64,000 nt of DNA. It comes from Bacteroidales bacterium (GTDB lineage: Bacteria; Bacteroidota; Bacteroidia; Bacteroidales; F082). Numbering within the stretch: position 1 is the stretch's first letter; the number at the start of each line of letters is the position of its first letter. This document shows, in pieces, positions 53,901 through 63,040 of this stretch. The position numbers and the translations under genes were made by a program. The notes beneath the pieces are model-generated. The model did not search any database. It was not told the DNA's origin and saw nothing but the letters and a program-made list of their open reading frames with translations. The stretch covers positions 38,550 to 102,549 of the forward strand of contig JANJXG010000006.1 of assembly GCA_024709145.1 (NCBI GenBank). The letters are read 5' to 3'.

Positions 53901-56242
53901 TTTAAGATTAGTTTTTTAAACTGAGACTGATTGGTCCCAAGGTTTTTGAGCTGAACTAAATACCAGGTTTTTGCCAGATCACCGGTTGGCATAGTCCACG
54001 AGTTTTGCCCCCAAATCTGTTTTGTTAAAATCAGCTGTCCAGATTGATCGATGATGTTGATTTCACAGTTAGGTGTTTCATTCCAGCTAATTCGAACTGA
54101 ATCGGATGCCGGATTGGGCTCCAGCTGAAGTACGGGTTCAAATGAATTTGCCTGCAATGGTTGAAGTCCAACGAATTGTGTATCCAATACAGCAAGTGTA
54201 TATTGACCGGGAAGCATTTCATCTACAATGATATAGCCAATATTCCACAATCCTTCGCGGACCTGTTGAACCATTTGCCAATCATGGCCTGCATCCTGCC
54301 TGTATAGAATCATCACCGAATCATTTTCCGAAAGAATAAGGCCGGCATCTAGTGAATTAATATTGCTGTAAAAAAACCGGCCGCGCATGGCCGTTCCGGC
54401 CGAAAAAATACCTTTCATTTCCCAGTAACGGTAGGGTGAGAGCCGCAATCCATCCACAGCTTGTTTCATACTGTCGGGTGCCACCCAATGATGGGTAAGC
54501 CTGTAATAGGCCGGCTCGGGCAGGGCATCAGTAAACAATTTGAAATAGATGCCGGGGAAGGTTTTTTCACCGGTGGTTGTCAACCATCCATCAAGGTCGG
54601 TAGTTGCGTCAGCTGTTTTGTCATACAAATCAGTCAACGCAAGAACAGGCTGAAAATTAAGTGTTTTAACACTGTGTCCAACTGCCGCATCTAAATGAAC
54701 TGTATCTGTAAATAGTTGACCCTGAGTACCTTTTAATGTAACTTCAAAAACATGACCACTGCCTGTATGGTTTATGCCTTTGTGTTTTTGTTTGAGATAA
54801 AGATGTGTTTTGTAAGTCGATCCTTCCGGAATCACCCGCATTGAATCAATTGAATAATGTGGTGTACCAGCAGTAAAGACCCAGTTGTTAAAAAATCCTG
54901 TCAGATCAACACCGGTCTCTGAGCTTAAAAAATCCCTGATATCATAGGAGCTTGCATGCGAAAATGCAAATTGCTGGAGGTAATTTCTGATCGCCTCAAA
55001 GAAAACATCCTTGCCCAGGTAGTTCATAAGTGTGTGAACAACTGTTGCGCCTTTGTCGTAAACAGTTGTACCGTAAGTATATTCTGTTGGAACATCATGG
55101 AGTGCGAGGTAGGATCCGTCAGTGAGGTGCGCATTTTTTAATATGTCAAGGTGATTGGCATTCATTTCAGCGCGGTATATATCTTCGCCATAAAGGTCAT
55201 GCTTGTAGAAATAGTGGCAAAAAGTTGCCCAACCTTCATTGAGCCACATATCGCCGGCATCAGCACAGGTAACGAGGTTTCCAAACCACATATGTGAAAG
55301 TTCATGTGAAAGAAGGTATTCAGAATTCAGGTTTCCATTGATTGCGCTGTGCGGATATGCTATGTTGGTGACATGTTCCATGGCGCCAATGGCAGTGCCG
55401 GTATACCCAATTCTATCAAAAGGATAAGGCCCGAAACGGTTTTCGAAAAGTGCAATGATTTCCTCCAGATGTTGAAACGATCCGGCGACTTTGAGGGTGT
55501 CGGCTGGTCGGGTATAGATTGTAACCGGAAGTGAGTCGCTTCCTCGGTTATAAACCGAAGCAGTTAAGGAGTAATTACCTGCTGCCACCGAAGCGAGATA
55601 GGTAGGAATGGCTTGATTGAGCGTCCAGTGCCAGGTAATTCGTTCGTCAGCATGATGTATTGTGTCCGTAAGCAAACCTCCGGCAATACCTTTCATTTGA
55701 GCCGGCAGCGTGATGAACACTTCATAGGTAGCCCTATCCTGAAAATCATCTACACAAGGAAACCAGGCTTTGCCAAGGTTATGAGGATCACTCTCGAATC
55801 CTACGCCCAGGTTAAAGGCATAATTACCACTGAAATGAAACCCGCCCCAGTTTTCATGAAAAGGGACGCCTCCATAACTGATGTTGACCTCAAGGGTATC
55901 TTCAGGCTGATATTGTTGATTGGAATGAATGCGCAGGATATCGTTGTTTTGTGAAAATGATGCATTTACTCCGTTAATCCAGGCTTCACTAACCTGTAGT
56001 GCTTTGAGTTCTAAGGGAATACTTGTAACCGGTATTCTTGGAATGAGGGTAAGTGATGCGAGTGCGCTAATTGTTTTAGATTGAAAATCAATAGCTTGCA
56101 AGTGAATTTTATAGTGAAGCACATCAATTGTATCGGCAACAGGCGACTTGCCGAAGGCATGTCTGTGGTAGCATTGGCTCCTTGCTACGGGGGAGAAAAT
56201 CAAACAAAAAAGGATTGAGATCACATACAAGCCATTTTTCAT
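53897..56242 (-). CDS. M1 family metallo-aminopeptidase with T9SS type A CTD
   Basis: GAMEH exopeptidase motif and HELSHMWFGNLVT...WLNEGWATF (HExxH-x18-E). C-terminal LQLEPNPASDSVRISW...WYLVQLKN...KKLILK sorting domain (nt 53900-54130). Confidence 0.85.
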   Translation of the reverse strand: MKNGLYVISILFCLIFSPVARSQCYHRHAFGKSPVADTIDVLHYKIHLQAIDFQSKTISALASLTLIPRIPVTSIPLELKALQVSEAWINGVNASFSQNNDILRIHSNQQYQPEDTLEVNISYGGVPFHENWGGFHFSGNYAFNLGVGFESDPHNLGKAWFPCVDDFQDRATYEVFITLPAQMKGIAGGLLTDTIHHADERITWHWTLNQAIPTYLASVAAGNYSLTASVYNRGSDSLPVTIYTRPADTLKVAGSFQHLEEIIALFENRFGPYPFDRIGYTGTAIGAMEHVTNIAYPHSAINGNLNSEYLLSHELSHMWFGNLVTCADAGDMWLNEGWATFCHYFYKHDLYGEDIYRAEMNANHLDILKNAHLTDGSYLALHDVPTEYTYGTTVYDKGATVVHTLMNYLGKDVFFEAIRNYLQQFAFSHASSYDIRDFLSSETGVDLTGFFNNWVFTAGTPHYSIDSMRVIPEGSTYKTHLYLKQKHKGINHTGSGHVFEVTLKGTQGQLFTDTVHLDAAVGHSVKTLNFQPVLALTDLYDKTADATTDLDGWLTTTGEKTFPGIYFKLFTDALPEPAYYRLTHHWVAPDSMKQAVDGLRLSPYRYWEMKGIFSAGTAMRGRFFYSNINSLDAGLILSENDSVMILYRQDAGHDWQMVQQVREGLWNIGYIIVDEMLPGQYTLAVLDTQFVGLQPLQANSFEPVLQLEPNPASDSVRISWNETPNCEINIIDQSGQLILTKQIWGQNSWTMPTGDLAKTWYLVQLKNLGTNQSQFKKLILK

Positions 56243-56259
56243 AGGGCTACATTTTTTAA

Positions 56260-56267
56260 CAAAATTA
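56260..56267 (-). promoter_or_regulatory. -7 box (TAATTTTG, minus strand) upstream of M1 peptidase operon
   Basis: Plus strand caaaatta, 18 nt upstream of the ATG at 56242. Confidence 0.4.
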
Positions 56268-56446
56268 AACTATTTAGACAACCTATTCGTTGTGCAATTG
56301 TTGTAGCATTACATGCGCTTGGATTGAATGGTTTGGTAAATGTCCGTTATCGTACATTCTTTGTTGAAATGTGAACACCTGGCAACAGTGAAAGATATGA
56401 AAGCCTCATGTAGTTAATTGGATTTCAATTAATTGAAATTGTGGCA

Positions 56447-56454
56447 TATTTTTG
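56447..56454 (+). promoter_or_regulatory. -7 box (TATTTTTG) upstream of TolC-like gene
   Basis: Exact TAnnTTTG, 36 nt upstream of the ATG at 56490. Confidence 0.45.
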
Positions 56455-56489
56455 GATAAGTAAGCTGAAATGTTTTTAACGCTATAAGC

Positions 56490-57902
56490 ATGAACACACA
56501 AAAGAAAGATTTTTTACCGCGAGTTCTTCGCATTTCCTTAACCTTTGCTTTGGCAGTCCTTCTGGCAGGCGGTGGTTTGGTGGCCCAAAAGGTGTACACC
56601 CTTGAAGATTGTATCAACCTGGCCATCGAAAAGAATATTCGAATCAAGCAAAGCCGCCTGGAGGTTGAATCGGCTAATATCAGTGAATTGGAAAGCAAGC
56701 TTGACCTTTTGCCTTCACTCAATGGTAGTACTTCGCATTCCTTTGGCTGGGGTCGTTCGGTAGATATGGCTACCTATCAGTATGTGAACCAGCAAACACA
56801 ATCCAGTTACTTTAACCTGAGTTCAGAGTTGACCCTGTTTAATGGTTTTCAAAAGTTGAATACCATCAAGCAACGTCGGGCGGATTACCTGGCTGCGCGC
56901 TACAATGCCGATAAAATGCAGAATGATATTTCACTCACAGTTGCTGGGGCCTATCTTCAGATACTTTTCAGCCGTGAGTTGCTTTTTACGGCCCGATCAC
57001 AAGCCGAGGTAACCAGTCAGCAGATCGAACGAACCAAAAGGCTTGTTGAAGCCGGAACATTGGCGAAAGGCAGTCTTTTGGAAATTCAGGCTCAAGGCGC
57101 CAACGAGCAGGTGGCTGTAATTCAAGCTGAAAACCAATTGAATCTCGCCTACCTCGATTTGCTACAGTTACTTGAACTGGAGGCCGGAACACCTTTTCAG
57201 ATCGATGTTCCTGCAATCAAAGTTAGTCAGCAACCAAGCCTGCTTCCGGTTGATATGATCTATCGAAAAGCCCTTGAGGTGATGCCGGAGATAAAAAGTG
57301 CTGAAATGAATTTCGAAAGCAGTCAGCGTGCCCTGTCAGTTGCCCGCGGCAGTCGTAGTCCGAGCCTGGGTATGTCAGCTGCGCTTGGGACCAATTATTC
57401 TGACCAAATCAGGAAAAGTAATAATCCGCTCGACCCTGCTTACGAAGATATCAAAGCCTTCGGGGATCAGTTCAAAGACAACAGAAGCACCACACTTTCG
57501 TTTCGCCTGAATATTCCAATATTTAACGGTTACCAGATCAGCTCTTATATTGGAAAATCAAAACTGGGTGTCATGAATGCGGATTACAATTTACAGGCAG
57601 CCCGAAATACGCTCCGGAAAAATGTTGAAACTGCCTACGCAGATGCACTCTCGGCCCATACTTCTTTTGTGGCACGTGAAAAATCACTCGTGAGTTTACG
57701 TGAGTCATTCAATTATACCGAACAGAAATTTAATGTGGGAATGGTGAATGCCATTGACTACAATGTGGCAAAAAATCAACTAAGTAAATCAGAATCGGAT
57801 CTTTTATCGGCCAAATATGATTATATTTTTAAATTAAAAATCCTGGATTTCTACCTGGGCCGCGCTTTGACACTGGCAGATATGAAAGAATACATTGAAT
57901 AG
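56490..57902 (+). CDS. TolC family outer-membrane efflux protein
   Basis: Signal peptide, YTLEDCINLAIEKN start, and two OEP repeats with the coiled-coil heptad pattern. Confidence 0.85.
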   Translation: MNTQKKDFLPRVLRISLTFALAVLLAGGGLVAQKVYTLEDCINLAIEKNIRIKQSRLEVESANISELESKLDLLPSLNGSTSHSFGWGRSVDMATYQYVNQQTQSSYFNLSSELTLFNGFQKLNTIKQRRADYLAARYNADKMQNDISLTVAGAYLQILFSRELLFTARSQAEVTSQQIERTKRLVEAGTLAKGSLLEIQAQGANEQVAVIQAENQLNLAYLDLLQLLELEAGTPFQIDVPAIKVSQQPSLLPVDMIYRKALEVMPEIKSAEMNFESSQRALSVARGSRSPSLGMSAALGTNYSDQIRKSNNPLDPAYEDIKAFGDQFKDNRSTTLSFRLNIPIFNGYQISSYIGKSKLGVMNADYNLQAARNTLRKNVETAYADALSAHTSFVAREKSLVSLRESFNYTEQKFNVGMVNAIDYNVAKNQLSKSESDLLSAKYDYIFKLKILDFYLGRALTLADMKEYIE

Positions 57903-57921
57903 CTATTGACACATCAACAAT

Positions 57922-57949
57922 GCCCCGGGTCATCAGATGCCGGGGCTTT
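57922..57949 (+). terminator. GC-rich hairpin after TolC-like gene (weak terminator/attenuator)
   Basis: GCCCCGG-11 nt-CCGGGGC followed by only TTT, so termination is probably partial. Confidence 0.35.
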
Positions 57950-58034
57950 GTCACATTAATATTTCTTATCATCACACACAAAATATTACTTTTGAAGTTT
58001 ATCATTCAGCTTTTACCAAATCCAACACACAGTC

Positions 58035-59390
58035 ATGAGTAAAATATCAAAATCAACACGCAACTGGATTATCGGTTCAATCGTTTTTGCAGTCGTTATC
58101 GTGCTGGCACTTGTTTTTGCACGCCAGCGCAACCAAAAGGAGACTGAAGTCAGCACCGAAAAAGCAAGCTACCGAAGTATCATCGAAACCGTGGCAGCCA
58201 ACGGAAAAATCCAACCTGCACTCGAAGTCAAAATCAGCCCCTATATTTCAGGTGAAGTCGTCGAACTCTATGTTAGGGAAGGAAACTATGTAACCAAAGG
58301 CGAGCTGCTTGCCAAAATCGATGCGACAATATACTTATCTAGTTTTGAACAGGTTGAGGCATCACTCAACAGTGCAAAAGCCAATATGGCTAACACAAGG
58401 GCGCGGGTGGCTCAAGCCGAAGCCCAGTTTACCAAAGCGCAGCTCGACTTGAACCGAAACGAAAAACTATGGAATCAACAGGTGATTTCTGACGCAGATT
58501 GGGATGCTATCAAAGCAAGTTATAAAGTGAGCAATGCCGAATTTGAAGCTTCGAAAGAAAGCCTGAAAGCGACCCAATTTCAGGTTCAAAATGCCGAAGC
58601 AGCCTTGAAAGAGGCAAGAGAAAACCTCAACAGAACCAATATTTATTCCCCTGCTGACGGAACTGTATCCAGGCTTAACGTTGAGGTGGGCGAACGTGTT
58701 ACCGGTGCTTCTCAGTTTTCTTCCGGAACCGAGATTATGCGCATCGCCAACCTCGACAGGATGGAAGTAAAAGTTGAAGTGAGTGAGAATGATATTCCGC
58801 GTGTTAAACTGAATGATACTTGTTTGATCGAAGTTGATGCTTATCTGAACAGGAAGTTTAAAGGTTATGTCACCGAGATTGCTACTTCTGCAAGCAATGC
58901 CACTGTCAGTGTTGATCAAGTTACCAATTTTGAAGTGAAAGTGATGATGCTCAAATCTTCATATTCCGATTTAGTGGGATCCGACACCTTGATTAAATCT
59001 CCTTTCCGACCAGGTATGTCAGCCACTGTGGATATTCAGACAAAGATTGTAAATAATGTCCTGACTGTTCCGATTCAAGCTGTTACAACACGCGAAGATA
59101 CGAGCTCAGTTGCAGGTACCACAAGGAAAAAGAACGACAATGAAGAAGAGAAAAAATTAGCCACGGCTCCTTTGCAGGAGTATGTTTTTGTGGCCGATGG
59201 TGCAACTGCCCGCCTTCAAGCTGTTAAAACCGGTATTCAGGACAATGCCTACATCGAAATTCTCGAAGGAATCAATGAAAACGATGAGGTCATTACAGGA
59301 CCTTACAGGGCTGTTTCAAAGACTTTGAAGAACAAAGAGAAAATCAAAGTTGTCGACAACAGCAAACTCTTCGACAAAGGCAAAAAATAA
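58035..59390 (+). CDS. Efflux periplasmic adaptor subunit (HlyD/MacA-like)
   Basis: N-terminal TM anchor, biotinyl-lipoyl-like motifs (ISGEVVELYVREGNYVTKGELLAKID, IYSPADGTVSRLNVEVGERV), a long coiled-coil hairpin and a beta-barrel domain. Confidence 0.85.
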   Translation: MSKISKSTRNWIIGSIVFAVVIVLALVFARQRNQKETEVSTEKASYRSIIETVAANGKIQPALEVKISPYISGEVVELYVREGNYVTKGELLAKIDATIYLSSFEQVEASLNSAKANMANTRARVAQAEAQFTKAQLDLNRNEKLWNQQVISDADWDAIKASYKVSNAEFEASKESLKATQFQVQNAEAALKEARENLNRTNIYSPADGTVSRLNVEVGERVTGASQFSSGTEIMRIANLDRMEVKVEVSENDIPRVKLNDTCLIEVDAYLNRKFKGYVTEIATSASNATVSVDQVTNFEVKVMMLKSSYSDLVGSDTLIKSPFRPGMSATVDIQTKIVNNVLTVPIQAVTTREDTSSVAGTTRKKNDNEEEKKLATAPLQEYVFVADGATARLQAVKTGIQDNAYIEILEGINENDEVITGPYRAVSKTLKNKEKIKVVDNSKLFDKGKK

Positions 59391-59393
59391 AGC

Positions 59394-60098
59394 ATGGCCA
59401 AGATATTGTTGATTGAGACTGCAACTGGAGTTTGTTCGGTTGCAGTGGCAGTGGATGGACAGGTGGTGACCCTAAAAGAAACGAATGATAGTCGTTCTCA
59501 TGCCGAATTCATTACACTTTTTATTGCCGATGTGATGACCGGTGCAGGATTAACTTTTTCACAGCTTGATGCTGTTGCTGTTAGCAGGGGACCGGGTTCG
59601 TACACTGGGTTAAGGATTGGTGTTTCAACGGCTAAGGGAATATGCTATGCTGCTGATCTCCCGTTGATAGGAGTTGATACACTTCGTGCAATGGCTTCAG
59701 GCATGAGACAGCATCAGGCGGTTGATAAGTCGTCGGATTACCTATTAATTCCCATGATCGATGCGCGCAGAATGGAAGTTTATGCAGCCGTTTACGATGA
59801 TGCCTTGCGATTGGTAATGCCTACCGAGGCAATTGTTGTTGATTCAAATAGTTTCTCCGGCTACTTATCGAATCAAACCGTTTATTTTGGCGGCGATGGT
59901 GAAGCCAAATGCCGGCAAATGCTCAGCGACATGCCAGGCGCAGTATTTCTTGATCATTTTTTGCCATCTGCTGCATGGATGGCTGAGGATGCTTTCCGGT
60001 GTTTTATTAGCAGCAAGTTTGAAAATCTGGCCTATTTTGAACCATTTTATTTAAAGGATTTTGTTGCCGGACTGCCCAGGGTGAAAGGTTTACGTTGA
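59394..60098 (+). CDS. tsaB: tRNA t6A biosynthesis protein TsaB (YeaZ)
   Basis: ILLIETATGVCSVAV...AVAVSRGPGSYTGLRIGVSTAKG is the TsaB signature. Starts 3 nt after the adaptor stop. Confidence 0.85.
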   Translation: MAKILLIETATGVCSVAVAVDGQVVTLKETNDSRSHAEFITLFIADVMTGAGLTFSQLDAVAVSRGPGSYTGLRIGVSTAKGICYAADLPLIGVDTLRAMASGMRQHQAVDKSSDYLLIPMIDARRMEVYAAVYDDALRLVMPTEAIVVDSNSFSGYLSNQTVYFGGDGEAKCRQMLSDMPGAVFLDHFLPSAAWMAEDAFRCFISSKFENLAYFEPFYLKDFVAGLPRVKGLR

Positions 60099-60361
60099 AG
60101 ATTGTGGGCAAGTAAGAAGCCATCTTTGAGTGATATTTCCCATTAGCTCCTAATGCATAAGCTGGTTTTAGCTGAAATCTGATAAATACTAGCCGGTAAA
60201 ACGGTTTAATATCTGCTATTATCAAGCATATATAATAGTTTTTATATTTATAAAGTATTGAAATACAATGATATAATTTTTTTCCTATAGCACAATACCT
60301 CTATTATTGAATAATATTCAAAAAAAAGCAGGATTAAGTTTTATTTGTATTCAAAAGCCTT

Positions 60362-60369
60362 TATATTTG
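60362..60369 (+). promoter_or_regulatory. -7 box (TATATTTG) upstream of the charge-segregated protein gene
   Basis: Exact TAnnTTTG, 16 nt upstream of the ATG at 60385, within a 286 bp AT-rich gap. Confidence 0.45.
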
Positions 60370-60384
60370 TCAAAAAAAATAGAA

Positions 60385-61047
60385 ATGAAATCCTACGCAA
60401 AACTAAATGAGTTTGATATTCTGGATCTTCTGAACGAATATCAGTCAGAGATGAGAAAGTTGAAACACAAGCTGGGGTTCGTAAAAGACAGGATTACAGA
60501 GCTTGAAGAAGCTTTTGAAGCCATAAAAAAACGGAAGGAAAAGCAGAATGCTCAATTGTTTGCCTCCGGTGCTGATGAAAACTTAGATTCTGATGAGGAT
60601 GATGAATTGCCTGAAGAAATGGCAATGGACGGTACAGAAGAAGATTTAAAGTCACCGGCTCCGGCAAAGGCTGTTTCAAAGCCTGTTAAAGCTGTTAAGC
60701 AAGCTAAAAAACCTCGAAAGAAAAAACAGAAACCTGGCCGCAAACCTCAACCTTTATCCTTGTGGGATCAAATGATTGTGGATAGTGTATTGGAAAAAGG
60801 TATGCCGGTGATAAGCCGCGATATTCTGGCTTCAATAACAGAAAAAGCCATTGCAAAGAATGTGTATGAAGGCGAAGAGAAAACAAAGGTCAAGTTGAAT
60901 CAATGCCTTGTTAAACTAACTGCATCAAACAGAAAAGCTTTGTATAAGGTAGCTTATGAAGGAAGAGGTCATGCTTATGCCATGCCCAAGTGGGTGAATA
61001 AACAAGGCGAGCTCCTTGAAAATTATAAAGCGCCTTCGAAAGAATAA
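60385..61047 (+). CDS. Hypothetical protein: coiled coil + acidic tract + Lys/Pro-rich basic tract + globular C-domain
   Basis: From Met27 of the track ORF: MKSYAKLNEF...ITELEEAFEAIKKRKEK, then DENLDSDEDDELPEEMAMDGTEEDL, then PAPAKAVSKPVKAVKQAKKPRKKKQKPGRKPQ, then a ~95 aa C-terminal domain. No family recognised. Confidence 0.6.
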   Translation: MKSYAKLNEFDILDLLNEYQSEMRKLKHKLGFVKDRITELEEAFEAIKKRKEKQNAQLFASGADENLDSDEDDELPEEMAMDGTEEDLKSPAPAKAVSKPVKAVKQAKKPRKKKQKPGRKPQPLSLWDQMIVDSVLEKGMPVISRDILASITEKAIAKNVYEGEEKTKVKLNQCLVKLTASNRKALYKVAYEGRGHAYAMPKWVNKQGELLENYKAPSKE

Positions 61048-61065
61048 GACCAGCAAAATAACTCG

Positions 61066-61099
61066 AAAAGCGCATCATATGGAACAATGATGCGCTTTT
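61066..61099. terminator. Bidirectional rho-independent terminator between convergent genes
   Basis: AAAAGCGCATCAT-atggaaca-ATGATGCGCTTTT: a 13 bp perfect stem with A and T tracts on either side. Confidence 0.8.
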
Positions 61100-61124
61100 A
61101 TGTTTTTAAAACGAATGGGGAATA

Positions 61125-61343
61125 TTAACCGAGGCCGTAGTAATCGCCACCACCTTTAGCTGCCCTGCGTTGAGCTGTATTTTCCAACACTTTAAGCTTC
61201 ATCTCGTCGTTGTAACTGTCCCACTTTGCAATTTCTTCAACCGTTCGGTAACAGCCGATACATACCTTATCTTCATCATAGGTACAAATCAACTGGCAAG
61301 GGGATTTTATTTTCTTTTTTAGCATCGCTTCATATTTAGACAC
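61125..61343 (-). CDS. DUF1289 (YdhL-like, 4-Cys) small protein
   Basis: SPCQLICTYDEDKVCIGCYRTVEEIAKW matches the DUF1289 Cys pattern. Confidence 0.65.
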   Translation of the reverse strand: MSKYEAMLKKKIKSPCQLICTYDEDKVCIGCYRTVEEIAKWDSYNDEMKLKVLENTAQRRAAKGGGDYYGLG

Positions 61344-61372
61344 GAAACAATTTGAAATGATTTATGTTCAAA

Positions 61373-62341
61373 TTAACTGGCTTTCTGTCTTTTCAAAACT
61401 GCAATTCCCCTTGTTTTTGTTCCAAACCAAACATTGTTTTCCTGATCAACCAGAATGCTGGTAACCCATTTGTCAGGCAATCCGTTTTTGTCGGTATAAC
61501 TCTTCCATTTTTCACCGTCAAATGATGAAACGCCAAAGGCTGTTCCAAACCACATTACACCGTCATGATCGCGTGCAATTGCATCTACACGATTATAAAT
61601 CAAACCATTAGCCATAGAATAATCAGTAAACTGTGCGTCTTTGTATCTTGAAACACCTGCCAGGGAACCAATCCAAATAACATTGTCCTCATCTCGAAAA
61701 AGTGAAACCACAAAGCCTGCCTGATTGTTGCCGGCCAAAAAAGTTTGCCAGTTGTTTCCATCAAATCGTGATATTCCGAATTCGGTGCCAAACCATTTGT
61801 CGTTGGTCTGATCAACGGTTACTGTTCTCACAATATTGTGAACCAGTGTGATGCCTTCAATTTTTACATAATTTTCCCAAGTCGAACCATCGAAATAACT
61901 CACGCCTTTTCCCGTAGCAAACCAGGGGTGATTATTGTTGTCAACCGCCACATCATAGATATAGGGATAGCCAAGACCATCTGTCTCAGTATAAGAATTC
62001 CATTGGTTGTTGTGAAAAGAAGATACACCAAATGGCGTTGCAAACCAAACTTTTTGATCGGTTCCAACTGCAACAGCATTAACCTGATGATGAATTAACC
62101 CTTGAGGTGTATTGAACTTGGACCAAAGGCTTCCATCGAATCTCGACACGCCAAATTCAGTAGCAACCCAGATATTTCCGAGTAAATCAATGGTCATATC
62201 ATTGATGTTATTGTCGACCAGTCCATCTTTAGTAGCAAAATAGGTCCAGTTTTCTGTGCTGATCGGGCTATCACTTTTATTACAGCCCAACAAAACCAGC
62301 CACAAAAAGGTGATAAAAAGTAAAGAGTGAATTCGTGGCAT
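61373..62341 (-). CDS. Stand-alone two-component-regulator-propeller (Reg_prop) repeat lipoprotein
   Basis: Lipobox LLGCNKS, then seven ~45 aa blades with W(F/V)(A/G)T..G(V/I)S.FDG..W (IWVATEFGVSRFDG, VWFATPFGVSSFHN, PWFATGKGVSYFDG, KWFGTEFGISRFDG, IWIGSLAGVSRYKD, MWFGTAFGVSSFDG, VWFGTKTRGIAV). No kinase or receiver domains. Confidence 0.75.
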   Translation of the reverse strand: MPRIHSLLFITFLWLVLLGCNKSDSPISTENWTYFATKDGLVDNNINDMTIDLLGNIWVATEFGVSRFDGSLWSKFNTPQGLIHHQVNAVAVGTDQKVWFATPFGVSSFHNNQWNSYTETDGLGYPYIYDVAVDNNNHPWFATGKGVSYFDGSTWENYVKIEGITLVHNIVRTVTVDQTNDKWFGTEFGISRFDGNNWQTFLAGNNQAGFVVSLFRDEDNVIWIGSLAGVSRYKDAQFTDYSMANGLIYNRVDAIARDHDGVMWFGTAFGVSSFDGEKWKSYTDKNGLPDKWVTSILVDQENNVWFGTKTRGIAVLKRQKAS

Positions 62342-62352
62342 AGAACAATAGT

Positions 62353-62964
62353 TTAGTTGTTGAGATTCATCCTGATACGTGAGGCGACAATATCAATGGC
62401 AACCTGATTGGCACCACCCTGAGGAATGATGATGTCAGCAAATCGCTTGGTAGGATCGATAAACTGGAGGTGCATTGGTTTTACAAAAGTCTCATAATGA
62501 CGCAGTACCTCAATAAAAGTTCTGCCTCTTTCTTCGATATCGCGTTGTATGATGCGCATCAGGCGGTCATCGCCATCAGCATCAACATAAATTTTGATGT
62601 CCATTCTATCCCGAAGTTCTGCGTTAGTTAACACAAGAATACCTTCAACGATAATAACTTTGGTAGGTTTTACAGGAATCGTTTCACGTGAGCGGGCACA
62701 GGTAACATAAGAATAAATGGGCATCTGAATTGTTTTGCCCAGTCTTAAGTGATCGATCTGCTCGATAAGCAGTTCAAATTCAATGGAGGAGGGATGGTCG
62801 AAATTGATTTTTTTTCGCTCTTCAGCACTCAGATGACCGTTGTCTTTATAGTAGGAATCCTGTGAAATTACGGATACAGAGCTATTAGGTAATGCTCTGA
62901 TAATCTTTTTTACGACAGTAGTTTTGCCCGAGCCCGAGCCCCCGGCGATTCCGATAACCAGCAT
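62353..62964 (-). CDS. udk: Uridine kinase
   Basis: P-loop IGIAGGSGSGKTTV, plus DSYYKD and IIVEGIL motifs. Confidence 0.9.
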   Translation of the reverse strand: MLVIGIAGGSGSGKTTVVKKIIRALPNSSVSVISQDSYYKDNGHLSAEERKKINFDHPSSIEFELLIEQIDHLRLGKTIQMPIYSYVTCARSRETIPVKPTKVIIVEGILVLTNAELRDRMDIKIYVDADGDDRLMRIIQRDIEERGRTFIEVLRHYETFVKPMHLQFIDPTKRFADIIIPQGGANQVAIDIVASRIRMNLNN

Positions 62965-62985
62965 ATGATGTCAATTGTATAACAA

Positions 62986-63017
62986 AGCCGGGAAAGCTAC
63001 CATGAACAATCCCGGCT
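62986..63017 (-). terminator. Hairpin terminator after the decarboxylase beta-subunit gene
   Basis: On the minus strand, AGCCGGGA-16 nt-TCCCGGCT (8 bp stem) is followed by TTTGTT. Confidence 0.45.
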
Positions 63018-63040
63018 GTAAATATAAGGAATAATTTACC

